Part shown: piece by piece, positions 11,025 to 20,936 of the stretch
Numbering within the stretch: the stretch's first letter is position 1
Layout of the letters: every line of letters begins with the position of its first letter
Origin: Fidelibacterota bacterium
GTDB taxonomy: Bacteria > Fidelibacterota > Marinisomatia > Marinisomatales > TCS55
Direction of reading: 5' to 3'
Length of the DNA stretch: 64,000 bases
Assembly (NCBI GenBank): GCA_046861385.1
Contig: JBHHTW010000008.1
Coordinates: 8,877-72,876, forward strand
Position numbers and translations under genes: made by a program
The notes under the pieces: model-generated
Told to the model about the DNA's origin: nothing
The model's input: the letters and a program-made list of their open reading frames with translations, nothing else
The model's database searches: none

Positions 11025-13283
11025 TTATTTCGCTTCGCTCATACTTTTCAATACCAATTCGGAGGTCAGGGGAATTTCATTCATCTGAATTCCCAATGCA
11101 GAACTCACTGCATTTGCAATGGCTCCGGCTGTTGGAATGATACTCGGCTCTCCGATTCCTTTTGCGCCCCAGGGACCTTTCGGTTCCGATTTTTCCACGA
11201 TGGCTGTTTCTATTTCCGGACAATCCAAAGCTGTCGGTAACAAATAAGTGGATAAATTTGGCGTAGCAACCACACCGCGATCCATTTTGAAATCTTCTGT
11301 TATAGCCCAGCCGACTCCCTGGGCTGATCCACCCTCGACCTGCCCTTCAATTCCAGCAGGATTGATGGCTTTGCCTACATCATGAGCCGCGAATATTTTG
11401 TCAACAAACACCTGACCTGTGAGCGTGTCCACGCGGACTTGTGCAATATGAGTTGCAAAAGAATATGAAAAATAGGCTTCACCAATCCCCGTTTCAGCGT
11501 CGTATTCTAATTTGGGTGTATGCCACCATCCGGTAAATTCCATAAGAGCATTTGATTTATACAGATAATCACATAATTCACGAAATATGATTTCAGTACC
11601 AGATTGGTTATCAATCACTTTATCATTTAAAATAGTGATATTCGATTTGTCGCAGCCTAATAATTCAGATGCAGCTTTCTTAAGTATCGGCAAGAGTTTA
11701 TCTGCTGCATTGCGAATGGCGTTCCCTGTCATTACCACATTTCGGCTTGCCACGGCCGGACCGCTATCCGGAACTTTTGCTGTATCAGTCGGCAGGACCA
11801 CAACTCGCTCAGGTAAAATGCCCAAAGCATCAGCAGTCATTTGTGTCACAACTGTTTCCGCTCCCTGTCCCATTTCGATCAGACCGTACGCAATATGTAC
11901 TTCCCCTGATGGTTGAATTTTGATAGTAACTCCCGATCCGTCCATATGCCAACCTGCTGCACCTAAGCAATTTCCATAATGAATCGTACTGATACCAAGT
12001 CCATGCTTATGCCGTCCGGATTGGTCTGGATTAAAGCTGGACCATTGGGCTAGTGTCGCGGCTTTATGAATCGTTTCTTCAGCTCCCACACTATTATTCA
12101 ATATTTGGCCGGTCTGGGTCTCGGAACCGGATTTGACAATATTTTTTAACCGTAATTCAATCGGATCCATTTTTAGCTTTTCGGCAATAATATCCATCAT
12201 TCTTTCATGACCAAAGGCAGCCTGTGGCGACCCGAATCCCCGAAAGGCACCTGTCGGTGGTAAATTGGTGTAATAAGAATTAGAGTCAACATGGATATTC
12301 GGGATAACGTAGGGTCCCATTGACTGGGCACAAGACCGGTAGGAAACCACCGTGGAGAGGGTGGCGTAGGCACCGGCATTTTCTTCTAAAAGTATTTCTG
12401 CCGATACTAAGGTTCCATCTTTTTTGACACCCACTTTATAGTGCATTTGAAATGGATGTCGCTTGCTAGTAAGCTGCATGTCATCCGGGCGTGAGTAAAC
12501 TATTTTCACCGGGCGGTTTATTTTGACTGCTGCCACCGCCGCACGGGCACACACTTCTGATGGAATATCCTCTTTTCCGCCGAAGGCACCACCTGTCGGA
12601 GCTTGTTCTACTAAAATGTGGTGGACCGGCAAATGAAATATCCGTGCGATGGCCTTTTGAATATAAAAAGGACACTGAAGTGATCCGAGAACCTTTATTT
12701 TTCCATGTTCTTCCGGGGTAACAATGCAAGCCTGTGGTTCTAAATAATAATGCTCCTGATAAGGCGTTTTAAACCGGGTGGTGATGATAAGGTCAGATTC
12801 AGAAAATCCCCGTTGAATATTTCCCTTCCTGACCCGGTGATGACAGGCCAGATTGGTTTCGTGAATAAAATTGTCTTTTGCATCTTTACTTTCATCAATA
12901 GACAAAAAAGGAGTTCTTTTATTATAATTAATTTTTACCCGTTTTGCCGCTTCCCGGGCAGCTTCCGAAGTTTCAGCCACAACCAACCCAATACTGTCGC
13001 CAATGTAACGAATTGTTTTATCAGCAAACAACGGCTGGTCCGGTATAATGACTCCAACCTGGTTTTCACCCGGGATATCTTCGGCGGACACAAAATCAAT
13101 AAAGCCAGGTACTTTCCTGGCGGCAGAAAGATCAATCCGGGTGAATTCACCAAAGGGAATGGAAGAATATACCGGTGCGCCATGGGCCACATTTTCTACA
13201 GAAATATCCGTTAGAAAACGGGTGTCTCCATTGGTTTTTCCAGCAGCATCAGGCCGCCGTAAAGATTTTCCGATTTGTCTCAA
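11025..13283 (-). CDS. Xanthine dehydrogenase-family molybdopterin-binding subunit (XdhA/CoxL-like)
   Basis: QEHYYLEP, GGAFGGK, AFRGFGSPQ, EMGQG, GQVEGG, AKGIGEP. Confidence 0.95.
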   Translation of the reverse strand: MRQIGKSLRRPDAAGKTNGDTRFLTDISVENVAHGAPVYSSIPFGEFTRIDLSAARKVPGFIDFVSAEDIPGENQVGVIIPDQPLFADKTIRYIGDSIGLVVAETSEAAREAAKRVKINYNKRTPFLSIDESKDAKDNFIHETNLACHHRVRKGNIQRGFSESDLIITTRFKTPYQEHYYLEPQACIVTPEEHGKIKVLGSLQCPFYIQKAIARIFHLPVHHILVEQAPTGGAFGGKEDIPSEVCARAAVAAVKINRPVKIVYSRPDDMQLTSKRHPFQMHYKVGVKKDGTLVSAEILLEENAGAYATLSTVVSYRSCAQSMGPYVIPNIHVDSNSYYTNLPPTGAFRGFGSPQAAFGHERMMDIIAEKLKMDPIELRLKNIVKSGSETQTGQILNNSVGAEETIHKAATLAQWSSFNPDQSGRHKHGLGISTIHYGNCLGAAGWHMDGSGVTIKIQPSGEVHIAYGLIEMGQGAETVVTQMTADALGILPERVVVLPTDTAKVPDSGPAVASRNVVMTGNAIRNAADKLLPILKKAASELLGCDKSNITILNDKVIDNQSGTEIIFRELCDYLYKSNALMEFTGWWHTPKLEYDAETGIGEAYFSYSFATHIAQVRVDTLTGQVFVDKIFAAHDVGKAINPAGIEGQVEGGSAQGVGWAITEDFKMDRGVVATPNLSTYLLPTALDCPEIETAIVEKSEPKGPWGAKGIGEPSIIPTAGAIANAVSSALGIQMNEIPLTSELVLKSMSEAK

Positions 13284-13425
13284 TTTTACAATTCTAATCT
13301 AATGTTTTTATCAAGGAATATTTTCAAAATCAAAAGTGATTAGCGATTTTAATAATAAAATATATCTTATTCTGCATAGTATGTAGAGAATTTTCGACAT
13401 GCTATGCATTATACCGGACTTGACT

Positions 13426-13545
13426 TCCCACGAGCAAGGCGAGTGGGGTGTTAATAACGGTAGTATATACAAGAGCAAAGCGAGTGAGAATTTAAGAACA
13501 GTAGTCGCCCATTAACTAAGCGAAATATGGATTAACAACAGCAGT
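13426..13545. repeat. Degenerate tandem repeat, about 40-41 bp period (REP-like), 3 copies
   Basis: GAGCAAGGCGAGTGGGGTGTTAATAACGGTAGT (13432), GAGCAAAGCGAGTGAGAATTTAAGAACAGTAGT (13473), weaker third copy ..AAGCGAAATATGGATTAACAACAGCAGT. Confidence 0.5.
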
Positions 13546-13590
13546 CCCAAGTATTAAATCAAAATATTTATATTTGCATTCACTGGCAAA

Positions 13591-15228
13591 TCACCCGGTA
13601 AACAAAGATGTAAATTCAAACGATTTTCCATCAAACAGTCCCTGATCGCTTAATTTCAAATCGGGGATAACCAGCAGAGCCATGAAAGATAATGTCATAA
13701 ATGGAGCGGTCAATTCTGATCCCATTTCTTTGGCCATTTGATCCAGTTTGGCGTATTGTCTGCCCACCTCATAACCATCTCCATCTGTCATGATCCCTGC
13801 TACAGGTAATGGTATGATAAGTTGCTGATCCCCGTGGACGGCACACACGCCGCCCTGATATTTGATTACCAGATTAACTGCTTCACAAAGGTCCGCGTCC
13901 GTAGCGCCTACTGCAACGATATTATGGGAATCATGGGCAACGGAAGAAGCAATGGCACCTGTTTTTAACCCGAAATTCCGAATAAATGCAACAGCTGGTT
14001 TCTGGTTTTCATAGCGATTAATAACGGTGATTTTTAACAGGTCTCTGTCGATATCCTGCACAACATGGCCATGGTGTATTTTAGGATTTTCCAGTGATAT
14101 TTTGGTAATTAATTGCCCGTCGATCACATCCATAATCCTCAGTTTGCCCTTGCCGACAGGGACTGTAAAATCATCAACTGATTTTTCCTGCGCCTCAAAA
14201 ACATTAACTTTATTCACCGATTGGGTTGCAATCAGCGGATGTCCCATTTCGGCGATTTTTTCGCCGTTGACAATAGTGGATAACACATTCATGTTTTCCA
14301 AATTATCAATAATGATGAAATCAGCTGAATCGCCCTGTTGTAATAATCCAACATCTAAACCATAATGTTTAGCAGCCGTGACACAGGCAGCCCTGAGAAT
14401 ATTGAATAGGTCGTGTCCCCCGCGTTTTGCCCTTAATACCCAATCACGCACATGGCTTTCCACCAAATCATCGGGGTGGCGATCATCGCTGCAAAGCATT
14501 ACTTTTCCAGGGAATTCATCAATCAACGGCATCAGGTCATCCAGATTTTTGGCCGCCGATCCTTCTCTGATCTGGACTGTCATACCATAGGCTATTTTCT
14601 CTCTGGCTTCTTCAATCGTAACACATTCATGATCGGTTGTGATTCCGGATTTCACATACTTTTTTGCATCTTCCCCTCGCAGCTCAGGGGAATGTCCATC
14701 CACATTTTTCCCATATTTCCTGGCAAGATTTAATTTTTCTATTTCCCCGGGGGCATCATTCAAAACGCCGGGGACGTTCATCATTTCTGACAAATATAAA
14801 ATATCCTTTTTCTGAAACAATGATTCTAACTCTCTGGGGGTAAAGTTTGCTCCTGCTGTTTCAAATGGTGTGGCCGGGACACACGCCGGCGCACCGAAAT
14901 AAAACTTAAAGGGAACCGTCGATGCATTTTCCATCATGAATTCTACACCTTTAATTCCAAGAACATTGGCAATCTCGTGGGGATCGGACACAGTTGCCAC
15001 CGTTCCATGGACCGAAGCAAGCCGTGCAAATTCTGAAGGAATCAGCATGGAGCTCTCTATATGGATATGTCCGTCAATAAAACCGGGGAGTATAAACTGA
15101 TTATCGGCAGTTTTAACCTTTTCAATCGCTTGAATGACGCCATCTTTCACTTTGATTGCTCCCGGGAAAATGGACCGGTTGACTACATCAACTATGTTAC
15201 CGCTGTATTTCATTTCGTTTTTCACCAA
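13591..15228 (-). CDS. ade: Adenine deaminase
   Basis: PGFIDGHIHIESSML, DPHEIANV, TDHEC, REGSAAKNL, SDDRHP, SVAHDSHN. Confidence 0.95.
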   Translation of the reverse strand: MVKNEMKYSGNIVDVVNRSIFPGAIKVKDGVIQAIEKVKTADNQFILPGFIDGHIHIESSMLIPSEFARLASVHGTVATVSDPHEIANVLGIKGVEFMMENASTVPFKFYFGAPACVPATPFETAGANFTPRELESLFQKKDILYLSEMMNVPGVLNDAPGEIEKLNLARKYGKNVDGHSPELRGEDAKKYVKSGITTDHECVTIEEAREKIAYGMTVQIREGSAAKNLDDLMPLIDEFPGKVMLCSDDRHPDDLVESHVRDWVLRAKRGGHDLFNILRAACVTAAKHYGLDVGLLQQGDSADFIIIDNLENMNVLSTIVNGEKIAEMGHPLIATQSVNKVNVFEAQEKSVDDFTVPVGKGKLRIMDVIDGQLITKISLENPKIHHGHVVQDIDRDLLKITVINRYENQKPAVAFIRNFGLKTGAIASSVAHDSHNIVAVGATDADLCEAVNLVIKYQGGVCAVHGDQQLIIPLPVAGIMTDGDGYEVGRQYAKLDQMAKEMGSELTAPFMTLSFMALLVIPDLKLSDQGLFDGKSFEFTSLFTG

Positions 15229-15328
15229 TTGTTCTTTAATTCTTTTTTGTAAATAACCATTCTCAATCGTCTTATTCCATTGCGTAATTTATGAACATAT
15301 TGGTTAATTTAATTCCTCGAAACCGCCT

Positions 15329-16078
15329 ATGCCACGATCACAATCATTTCTGAATATTTTACCCGAAGAGTCCAAAGACAATCCAAAACTGTGTATTGCA
15401 TTATTGGGTGGCGGTGGAAAAACATCATTAATGTTTCAGTTGGGTGACGAATTTGCCCATCAAAACAAACATACCTTATTGACTTCTATTACCAAAGCGG
15501 GACCACCCCAAAATGTCCCAATGACATTGATTGGTGCGAACGGAAATATTTCTCTACCCCAATTGTTCGACCTTCAAAATCCTATCTATCTTCTATCGGA
15601 ACAAATAGAAGAGAATAAATACAAAGGGATTTCCCCCGCGCAATTGGAATCCTTTCTGCCGGAAGCAGATGTAACGATTTTTGAGTGTGATGGCTCGAGG
15701 AATTTACCCCTCAAGGCACATAGTGAATGGGATCCCATGGTACCGGATTTTGCATCCTGTGTGATTATTATCATCGGAGCCGATGTAATTCATTCAAAAA
15801 TAAGTGAGGGAAAAATTCACCGGCCCGAGTTATTCAAATCTCTCTGGCATATAGACAATACGACTACAATTGACGTTGAACTCGTTTCTGAAATAGTCAC
15901 AAATCATAAAGGATATTTATCAAAAATACCAGAACCTGTTTCCAAAATTTATTTTGTGAATAAAGCAGATGCTCATCCAGAAGAGGCTCACTCGCTTGGA
16001 GAAAGTATTTCTTTAAACACCTCATCGCCTGTTTATTTCGGCAGCGTGAAAAAAACTTGGTGGGAGCAGATTTCGTGA
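15329..16078 (+). CDS. yqeC: Selenium-dependent hydroxylase accessory protein YqeC
   Basis: GGGGKTSLM and ECDGSRNLPLKAH motifs; adjacent to yqeB. Confidence 0.88.
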   Translation: MPRSQSFLNILPEESKDNPKLCIALLGGGGKTSLMFQLGDEFAHQNKHTLLTSITKAGPPQNVPMTLIGANGNISLPQLFDLQNPIYLLSEQIEENKYKGISPAQLESFLPEADVTIFECDGSRNLPLKAHSEWDPMVPDFASCVIIIIGADVIHSKISEGKIHRPELFKSLWHIDNTTTIDVELVSEIVTNHKGYLSKIPEPVSKIYFVNKADAHPEEAHSLGESISLNTSSPVYFGSVKKTWWEQIS

Positions 16079-16659
16079 AAATTTCCATGATTATCCCCGC
16101 TGCCGGATTGTCCAAAAGACATCCTCCCAATAAATTACTGGATAAGATTGGCGGTAAAACAGTTATTATGAAAACAATTGAATCACTTCTTAATCATAAT
16201 TTTGAAATCTTTCTTATTACTGGACATGATTATGAAAGGATGAATGAAGTGATTCCTTTATCTATCAAAAAACAGATTAAAATCATTAAGAATAATCAAT
16301 ATCAAGATGGATTATCTGAATCCATAAAAAAAGGTGTTAATTCAGTAACAGAAGATTGCGATTATTTTGGGTTTTGCTTGGGCGATAAGCCATTCATTCA
16401 AAAAGAAACAATTGATACAATGGTGAATAAATTAGAAAAAGAAAGGCCAAAAATTTTAGTTCCAACATTTAATGGTTTTATTGGCCACCCGGCGTTTTTT
16501 TCCCAAAATTACCGCGATGAATTATTAAACATTTCCGGTGATTCCGGCGGTAGGGAAGTATTGAATTCATATGATTCTGATGTAATATATTTTCCGGTTC
16601 TTGACCGCGGAATCATTTTAGATATGGACACCTATTACAATGAACAAAATGATAATTGA
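16057..16659 (+). CDS. mocA: Molybdenum cofactor cytidylyltransferase MocA/YgfJ-like
   Basis: IIPAAGLSKR..NKLL, LGDKPFI, GHPAFF, GDSGGR. Confidence 0.8.
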   Translation: MVGADFVKISMIIPAAGLSKRHPPNKLLDKIGGKTVIMKTIESLLNHNFEIFLITGHDYERMNEVIPLSIKKQIKIIKNNQYQDGLSESIKKGVNSVTEDCDYFGFCLGDKPFIQKETIDTMVNKLEKERPKILVPTFNGFIGHPAFFSQNYRDELLNISGDSGGREVLNSYDSDVIYFPVLDRGIILDMDTYYNEQNDN

Positions 16660-17455
16660 TCCACACATATTGATCTGGATTCGAGGAGCAGGAGAAATTG
16701 GCAGCGCAACCGCCGTCTCACTAACCAAAGCAGGATTTAAAGTCGTTATCAGTGAAATTAATCCTCCACTGGCCATACGTCGAACTGTGACCTTCAGTGA
16801 TGCAGTAATAGACGGAGATACATCCGTTGTTGGAATTCAAGTCAAATTGCAAACATTAGAACAATATCGGAATCAGGACACAAGAGGTTTCATTCCATTA
16901 TTCATCGATGATCCAAATCAAATTCTTTCCTTAAAACCATCGATTATAATCGATGCCCGGATGATCAAATCCTATAATGAAGATTACCGGGGATGGGCTA
17001 ACCATGTTATTGGATTTGGTCCAGGGTTTTCTGCTAATCAAAATTGCCATACTGTTATTGAAACGATGCGAGGTCACAACCTCGGAAAAATCATTTCTGT
17101 AGGCGAACCAATGAAAAATACCGATATCCCTGGAATCATTGGCGGCGAATCAAATCGTCGTGTACTTTATGCATCTAATAAAGGCAAACTGGAATGGGAC
17201 GTAGATTTTGGAGATATAATTGAAGAAAAGCAACGACTTGGTACCATCGACAATACAATTGAAATTCTTGCCCCTTTTTCCGGAATGGTTCGCGGATTGA
17301 TTCATCCGGCAGTTCCCATGAAACCAGGCCTAAAAATTGCAGATGTGGATCCAAGAGGAAAGGAAATCGATTTTACCTCTCTTTCTGATAAATCAAGGAG
17401 CCTGGGGAGGGCGGCTTTGGAAGCAATCATGATTTTTATAGCAAATGATTCATAA
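16640..17455 (+). CDS. yqeB: Selenium-dependent molybdenum hydroxylase system protein YqeB
   Basis: IRGAGEIGSA, AIRRTVTFS, IETMRGHNLG, GLKIADVDPR. Confidence 0.92.
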   Translation: MNKMIIDPHILIWIRGAGEIGSATAVSLTKAGFKVVISEINPPLAIRRTVTFSDAVIDGDTSVVGIQVKLQTLEQYRNQDTRGFIPLFIDDPNQILSLKPSIIIDARMIKSYNEDYRGWANHVIGFGPGFSANQNCHTVIETMRGHNLGKIISVGEPMKNTDIPGIIGGESNRRVLYASNKGKLEWDVDFGDIIEEKQRLGTIDNTIEILAPFSGMVRGLIHPAVPMKPGLKIADVDPRGKEIDFTSLSDKSRSLGRAALEAIMIFIANDS

Positions 17456-17517
17456 TTTAATATTACCTAAATTGAGATGAAAAATTGCACTCTCCAAATT
17501 CAAAACCCCTCTTTTAT

Positions 17518-17539
17518 TCTCCCCTTATTAAAGGGGAGA
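17518..17539. repeat. 9-bp stem-loop (REP-like or terminator-like)
   Basis: TCTCCCCTT-ATTA-AAGGGGAGA in the yqeB-xdhC intergenic region. Confidence 0.55.
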
Positions 17540-17582
17540 TTTTAAAAGGATTCAAATCTATGTCAGCAAAATTAATAGTCTA

Positions 17583-18584
17583 ATGGAAAACAGATTTTAC
17601 CAAAAACTCATTGAATATGATTTCAGTGAGCCCTGCGCTCTCTGCACCGTTATGGAGTGGAAGGGGTCTGTCCCACGAAAAGATTATCCCATGATGTTAG
17701 TGTGCAAATCAGGGAAGATCGTTGGAACAATCGGTGGTGGCACTATGGAAAAAAATGTGATAGAACTGGCCATGAGTTCACTGGAAAATAACCAAACGGC
17801 ACTGGAGTCCTTTGATTTTACAAATGATGATTTATCTAAAGATGGGGGACTTTGTGGTGGGACGGTCAAAGTAGCTGTGGAGCCCTATACTGAAGAAGTT
17901 CAATCTTTCTGGTCCGGGCTGATCGATCAAAATGAAGGACAGGCGTGGTTGACCACTTATCATTTTAAAACAAAGGAAATTACCAGATATGCTCTGAATT
18001 CTGGTCAATTACCCTCAAACATTCAAATAGCTCAATTAGTGAAAGAAAAGAATAACAGAACGCTTCTTTCTAATGATGCAATTCGTCTTTTTCGCTATGT
18101 GGCTCCTGATCCCGTTCTTCACATTTTTGGTGGAGGTCATGTGGGAAAAGCAGTTGGGGAACTGGCCCTCTTTGTTGATTTAAATATTACGGTTCATGAT
18201 GACAGGAAATCCTTTGTTAGCAAAGAAAGATTTCCAAACGCCTTATCCCGTTCGTTTGAACCTATAACTGCAATAATTGAAGGGGGCGCTCTTCAATCGT
18301 CAGATATGGCTTTGGTAGCAACCCGGGGACACCATCATGACTTAACACTCATTAGATGGCTTCTTAATTCAAAAGCAGGATGGATTGGACTGATAAGCAG
18401 CAAACGAAAATGGAAACTCCTTTACCAAGGCCTGGAAGAAGAAGGGTTTACTCCAAAAGATTTAGATCGGGTTCAAGCCCCTGTGGGCTTGGATATCCAC
18501 GCGCAAACTGTTCCGGAGATTGCAGTGAGTATTATTGGGGAGATAATTAATTATTTGCGAAAAACAAAAAAAAGGCGTAGTTAG
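17583..18584 (+). CDS. XdhC/CoxI-family molybdenum cofactor insertion chaperone
   Basis: GSVPR, GTIGGG, GGLCGGTV, FGGGHVG, TRGHHHD, APVGLDIHAQTVPEIAVSI. Confidence 0.92.
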   Translation: MENRFYQKLIEYDFSEPCALCTVMEWKGSVPRKDYPMMLVCKSGKIVGTIGGGTMEKNVIELAMSSLENNQTALESFDFTNDDLSKDGGLCGGTVKVAVEPYTEEVQSFWSGLIDQNEGQAWLTTYHFKTKEITRYALNSGQLPSNIQIAQLVKEKNNRTLLSNDAIRLFRYVAPDPVLHIFGGGHVGKAVGELALFVDLNITVHDDRKSFVSKERFPNALSRSFEPITAIIEGGALQSSDMALVATRGHHHDLTLIRWLLNSKAGWIGLISSKRKWKLLYQGLEEEGFTPKDLDRVQAPVGLDIHAQTVPEIAVSIIGEIINYLRKTKKRRS

Positions 18585-18696
18585 TTTGATATTTTAAATC
18601 GGTAAAAAATCCAACTAATTTCAATTGTTTACAGTATTATGTTAAAAAAATGACATACCATCCCACAGGCATGGTCAGCCATTCAAGATGGCAGGG

Positions 18697-18748
18697 AAAT
18701 CCCGCCTGTCTGCCAAAGTGAAACGTCGGACAGGTAGGGATGAAATAT
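18697..18748. repeat. Nested REP-like palindromes
   Basis: AAATCCCG|TAGGGATGAAATAT is interrupted by a CCTGTCTGCC...CGGACAGG hairpin (18705-18734). Confidence 0.45.
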
Positions 18749-18888
18749 CTAGGCTATATTCTACAACCTTACTGAATTAGACATAATAAAACTATTCAAC
18801 ACCTAACGGCGTTGGCAGTAAGATATCATTATAGTTTATAGACATACAACTCCTACAGAGTACGAAACAATATTATGTTGTACAATGT

Positions 18889-20841
18889 CTATATTGATCC
18901 AGTGACCAGATTTTCAACAACCGTTGGGTCAGCCAATGTTGAAATGTCTCCCAGATTACTGGTATCTCCTTCTGCAATTTTTCTCAAAATACGCCGCATA
19001 ATTTTCCCTGAACGAGTTTTGGGTAAAGCATTTGTAAACTGAATCTTATCCGGTTTTGCGTGGGGACCGATCTCTGTTGTCACTGAAGCCCTAATTTTAT
19101 TTTCAACCTCATTTGAATTTTCGACACCAGTCATGAGTGTCACAAAAGCATAAATACCTTGTCCTTTAATATCGTGAGGGAAGCCCACAACAGCAGCTTC
19201 TGCCACTCCATTAGCTTTGCCGATAGCCCCTTCTACTTCCGCCGTGCCGATGCGATGGCCTGAAACATTTAATACATCGTCCACACGGCCGGTGATCCAG
19301 TAATATCCATCCTCATCCCGGCGTGCACCGTCCCCGGTGAAATAATATCCCGGGAATTGGGAAAAGTAGGTTTCAAAAAAGCGCTTATGGTCACCATAGA
19401 GTGTTCGCATTTGTCCCGGCCAGGATGTTTTTATAGCCAGCAAACCGGAAACATCATTCCCTTCAATTGCTTCCCCCTCTTCTGTTAGCAAAACAGGCTC
19501 AACTCCGAAAAATGGAAATGTTGCTGACCCGGGCTTAATGGGGGTGGCGCCGGGGAGCGGTGTTATGAGGATCCCTCCTGTCTCAGTTTGCCACCAGGTA
19601 TCTACAATGGGGCATTTCCCTTTCCCCACAATATTATAATACCACATCCATTCAGGCTCTTTGATGGGTTCTCCAACGGTGCCCAGTAGACGAAGTGAAG
19701 ACAGATCTCGGTTGGTGACAAATTCATTGCCCTCTTTCATTAATGCACGTAATGCGGTCGGAGCTGTATAAAACAAGGTGATTTTATGTTTATCCACAAT
19801 GTCCCAGAAACGTCCATAGTCCGGATAGTTGGGCACACCTTCAAACATAACGGACGTTGCGCCATTTGCCAAGGGTCCATACACAATGTAAGAATGACCT
19901 GTAATCCAGCCGATGTCTGCCGTGCACCAATAAATATCTTCTTCATGATAATCAAAGATAAGTTCGTGAGTATAACTCGTGTAAACCAAATATCCACCGG
20001 TTGTGTGAAGGACGCCTTTTGGCTTTCCCGTTGATCCTGATGTGTATAATATAAATAAGGGATCTTCAGCATCCATTTCTTCCGGTTTGCAAACTGAGTC
20101 CGCTTTTTCCATTTCTTCATGCCACCAAATATCCCTTTCCATAACCATATCAACCGATTCTCCTGTTCTTTTTACGACAATAACTTTCATTATGGATGGC
20201 GTCTGGGACACCGCTTTGTCTGCCTTGGTTTTCATGGAAATATTTTGCTTCATCCCCCGAACGCCGGTGTCTTGGGTAATAAGCACTTTACATTGTGAAT
20301 CGTTGATTCGATCCCTTAAAGAATCAGCGCTGAATGCTCCGAACACAATGGAATGGACAGCGCCAATTCTGGCACAGGCCAGCATCGCGACTGGTAATTG
20401 TGGAATCATTTGCATATAAATACATACCCTATCTCCCTTCTCCACGCCGTTGTTTTTTAATACATTGGCAAATTTTTGTACTTCCTCCAGTAATTCTCCG
20501 TATGAATAAGACCGGTCTTCTTCTGGATTGTTTCCCTCCCAAATAAGAGCTGTTTTATCGCCCCGGCCTGCTTCAACTTGACGGTCTAAACAATTATAAC
20601 TCACATTGAGTTTTCCTTCGGAAAACCATTTAATATCTGCCTTGTGAAAGTCAATATCACTTACTGAATTCCATTTCTTGTACCAGGTAATCCGTTCTGC
20701 ATGCTCACCCCAAAACGTATCTGGATCCTGAATCGATTTATTATATATCTCCCGGTATTCATCTTGAGATTGAATCCATGCGTTATCCGAGAAATTTTTC
20801 GCCGGTAAAAATTGCTTAATAGACATGTTGTTTCCTTTCAA
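18889..20841 (-). CDS. acs: Acetyl-CoA synthetase (AMP-forming)
   Basis: [48 protein letters not shown]. Confidence 0.97.
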   Translation of the reverse strand: MKGNNMSIKQFLPAKNFSDNAWIQSQDEYREIYNKSIQDPDTFWGEHAERITWYKKWNSVSDIDFHKADIKWFSEGKLNVSYNCLDRQVEAGRGDKTALIWEGNNPEEDRSYSYGELLEEVQKFANVLKNNGVEKGDRVCIYMQMIPQLPVAMLACARIGAVHSIVFGAFSADSLRDRINDSQCKVLITQDTGVRGMKQNISMKTKADKAVSQTPSIMKVIVVKRTGESVDMVMERDIWWHEEMEKADSVCKPEEMDAEDPLFILYTSGSTGKPKGVLHTTGGYLVYTSYTHELIFDYHEEDIYWCTADIGWITGHSYIVYGPLANGATSVMFEGVPNYPDYGRFWDIVDKHKITLFYTAPTALRALMKEGNEFVTNRDLSSLRLLGTVGEPIKEPEWMWYYNIVGKGKCPIVDTWWQTETGGILITPLPGATPIKPGSATFPFFGVEPVLLTEEGEAIEGNDVSGLLAIKTSWPGQMRTLYGDHKRFFETYFSQFPGYYFTGDGARRDEDGYYWITGRVDDVLNVSGHRIGTAEVEGAIGKANGVAEAAVVGFPHDIKGQGIYAFVTLMTGVENSNEVENKIRASVTTEIGPHAKPDKIQFTNALPKTRSGKIMRRILRKIAEGDTSNLGDISTLADPTVVENLVTGSI

Positions 20842-20936
20842 TAAAACTTTATGGAATAATTTTTATAGAATTAATTTAACAAATAATTAGGATGAATTAG
20901 TCCAATCTGTTTTATCTATAAATTTCAGTTTTAACA

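Noticed and set aside
11587-13302. Overlapping alternative-frame ORFs up to 154 aa within the xdhA-like gene, and similar ones throughout the window
   Set aside because: No recognisable motifs and essentially nested in well-supported genes; expected shadow ORFs.
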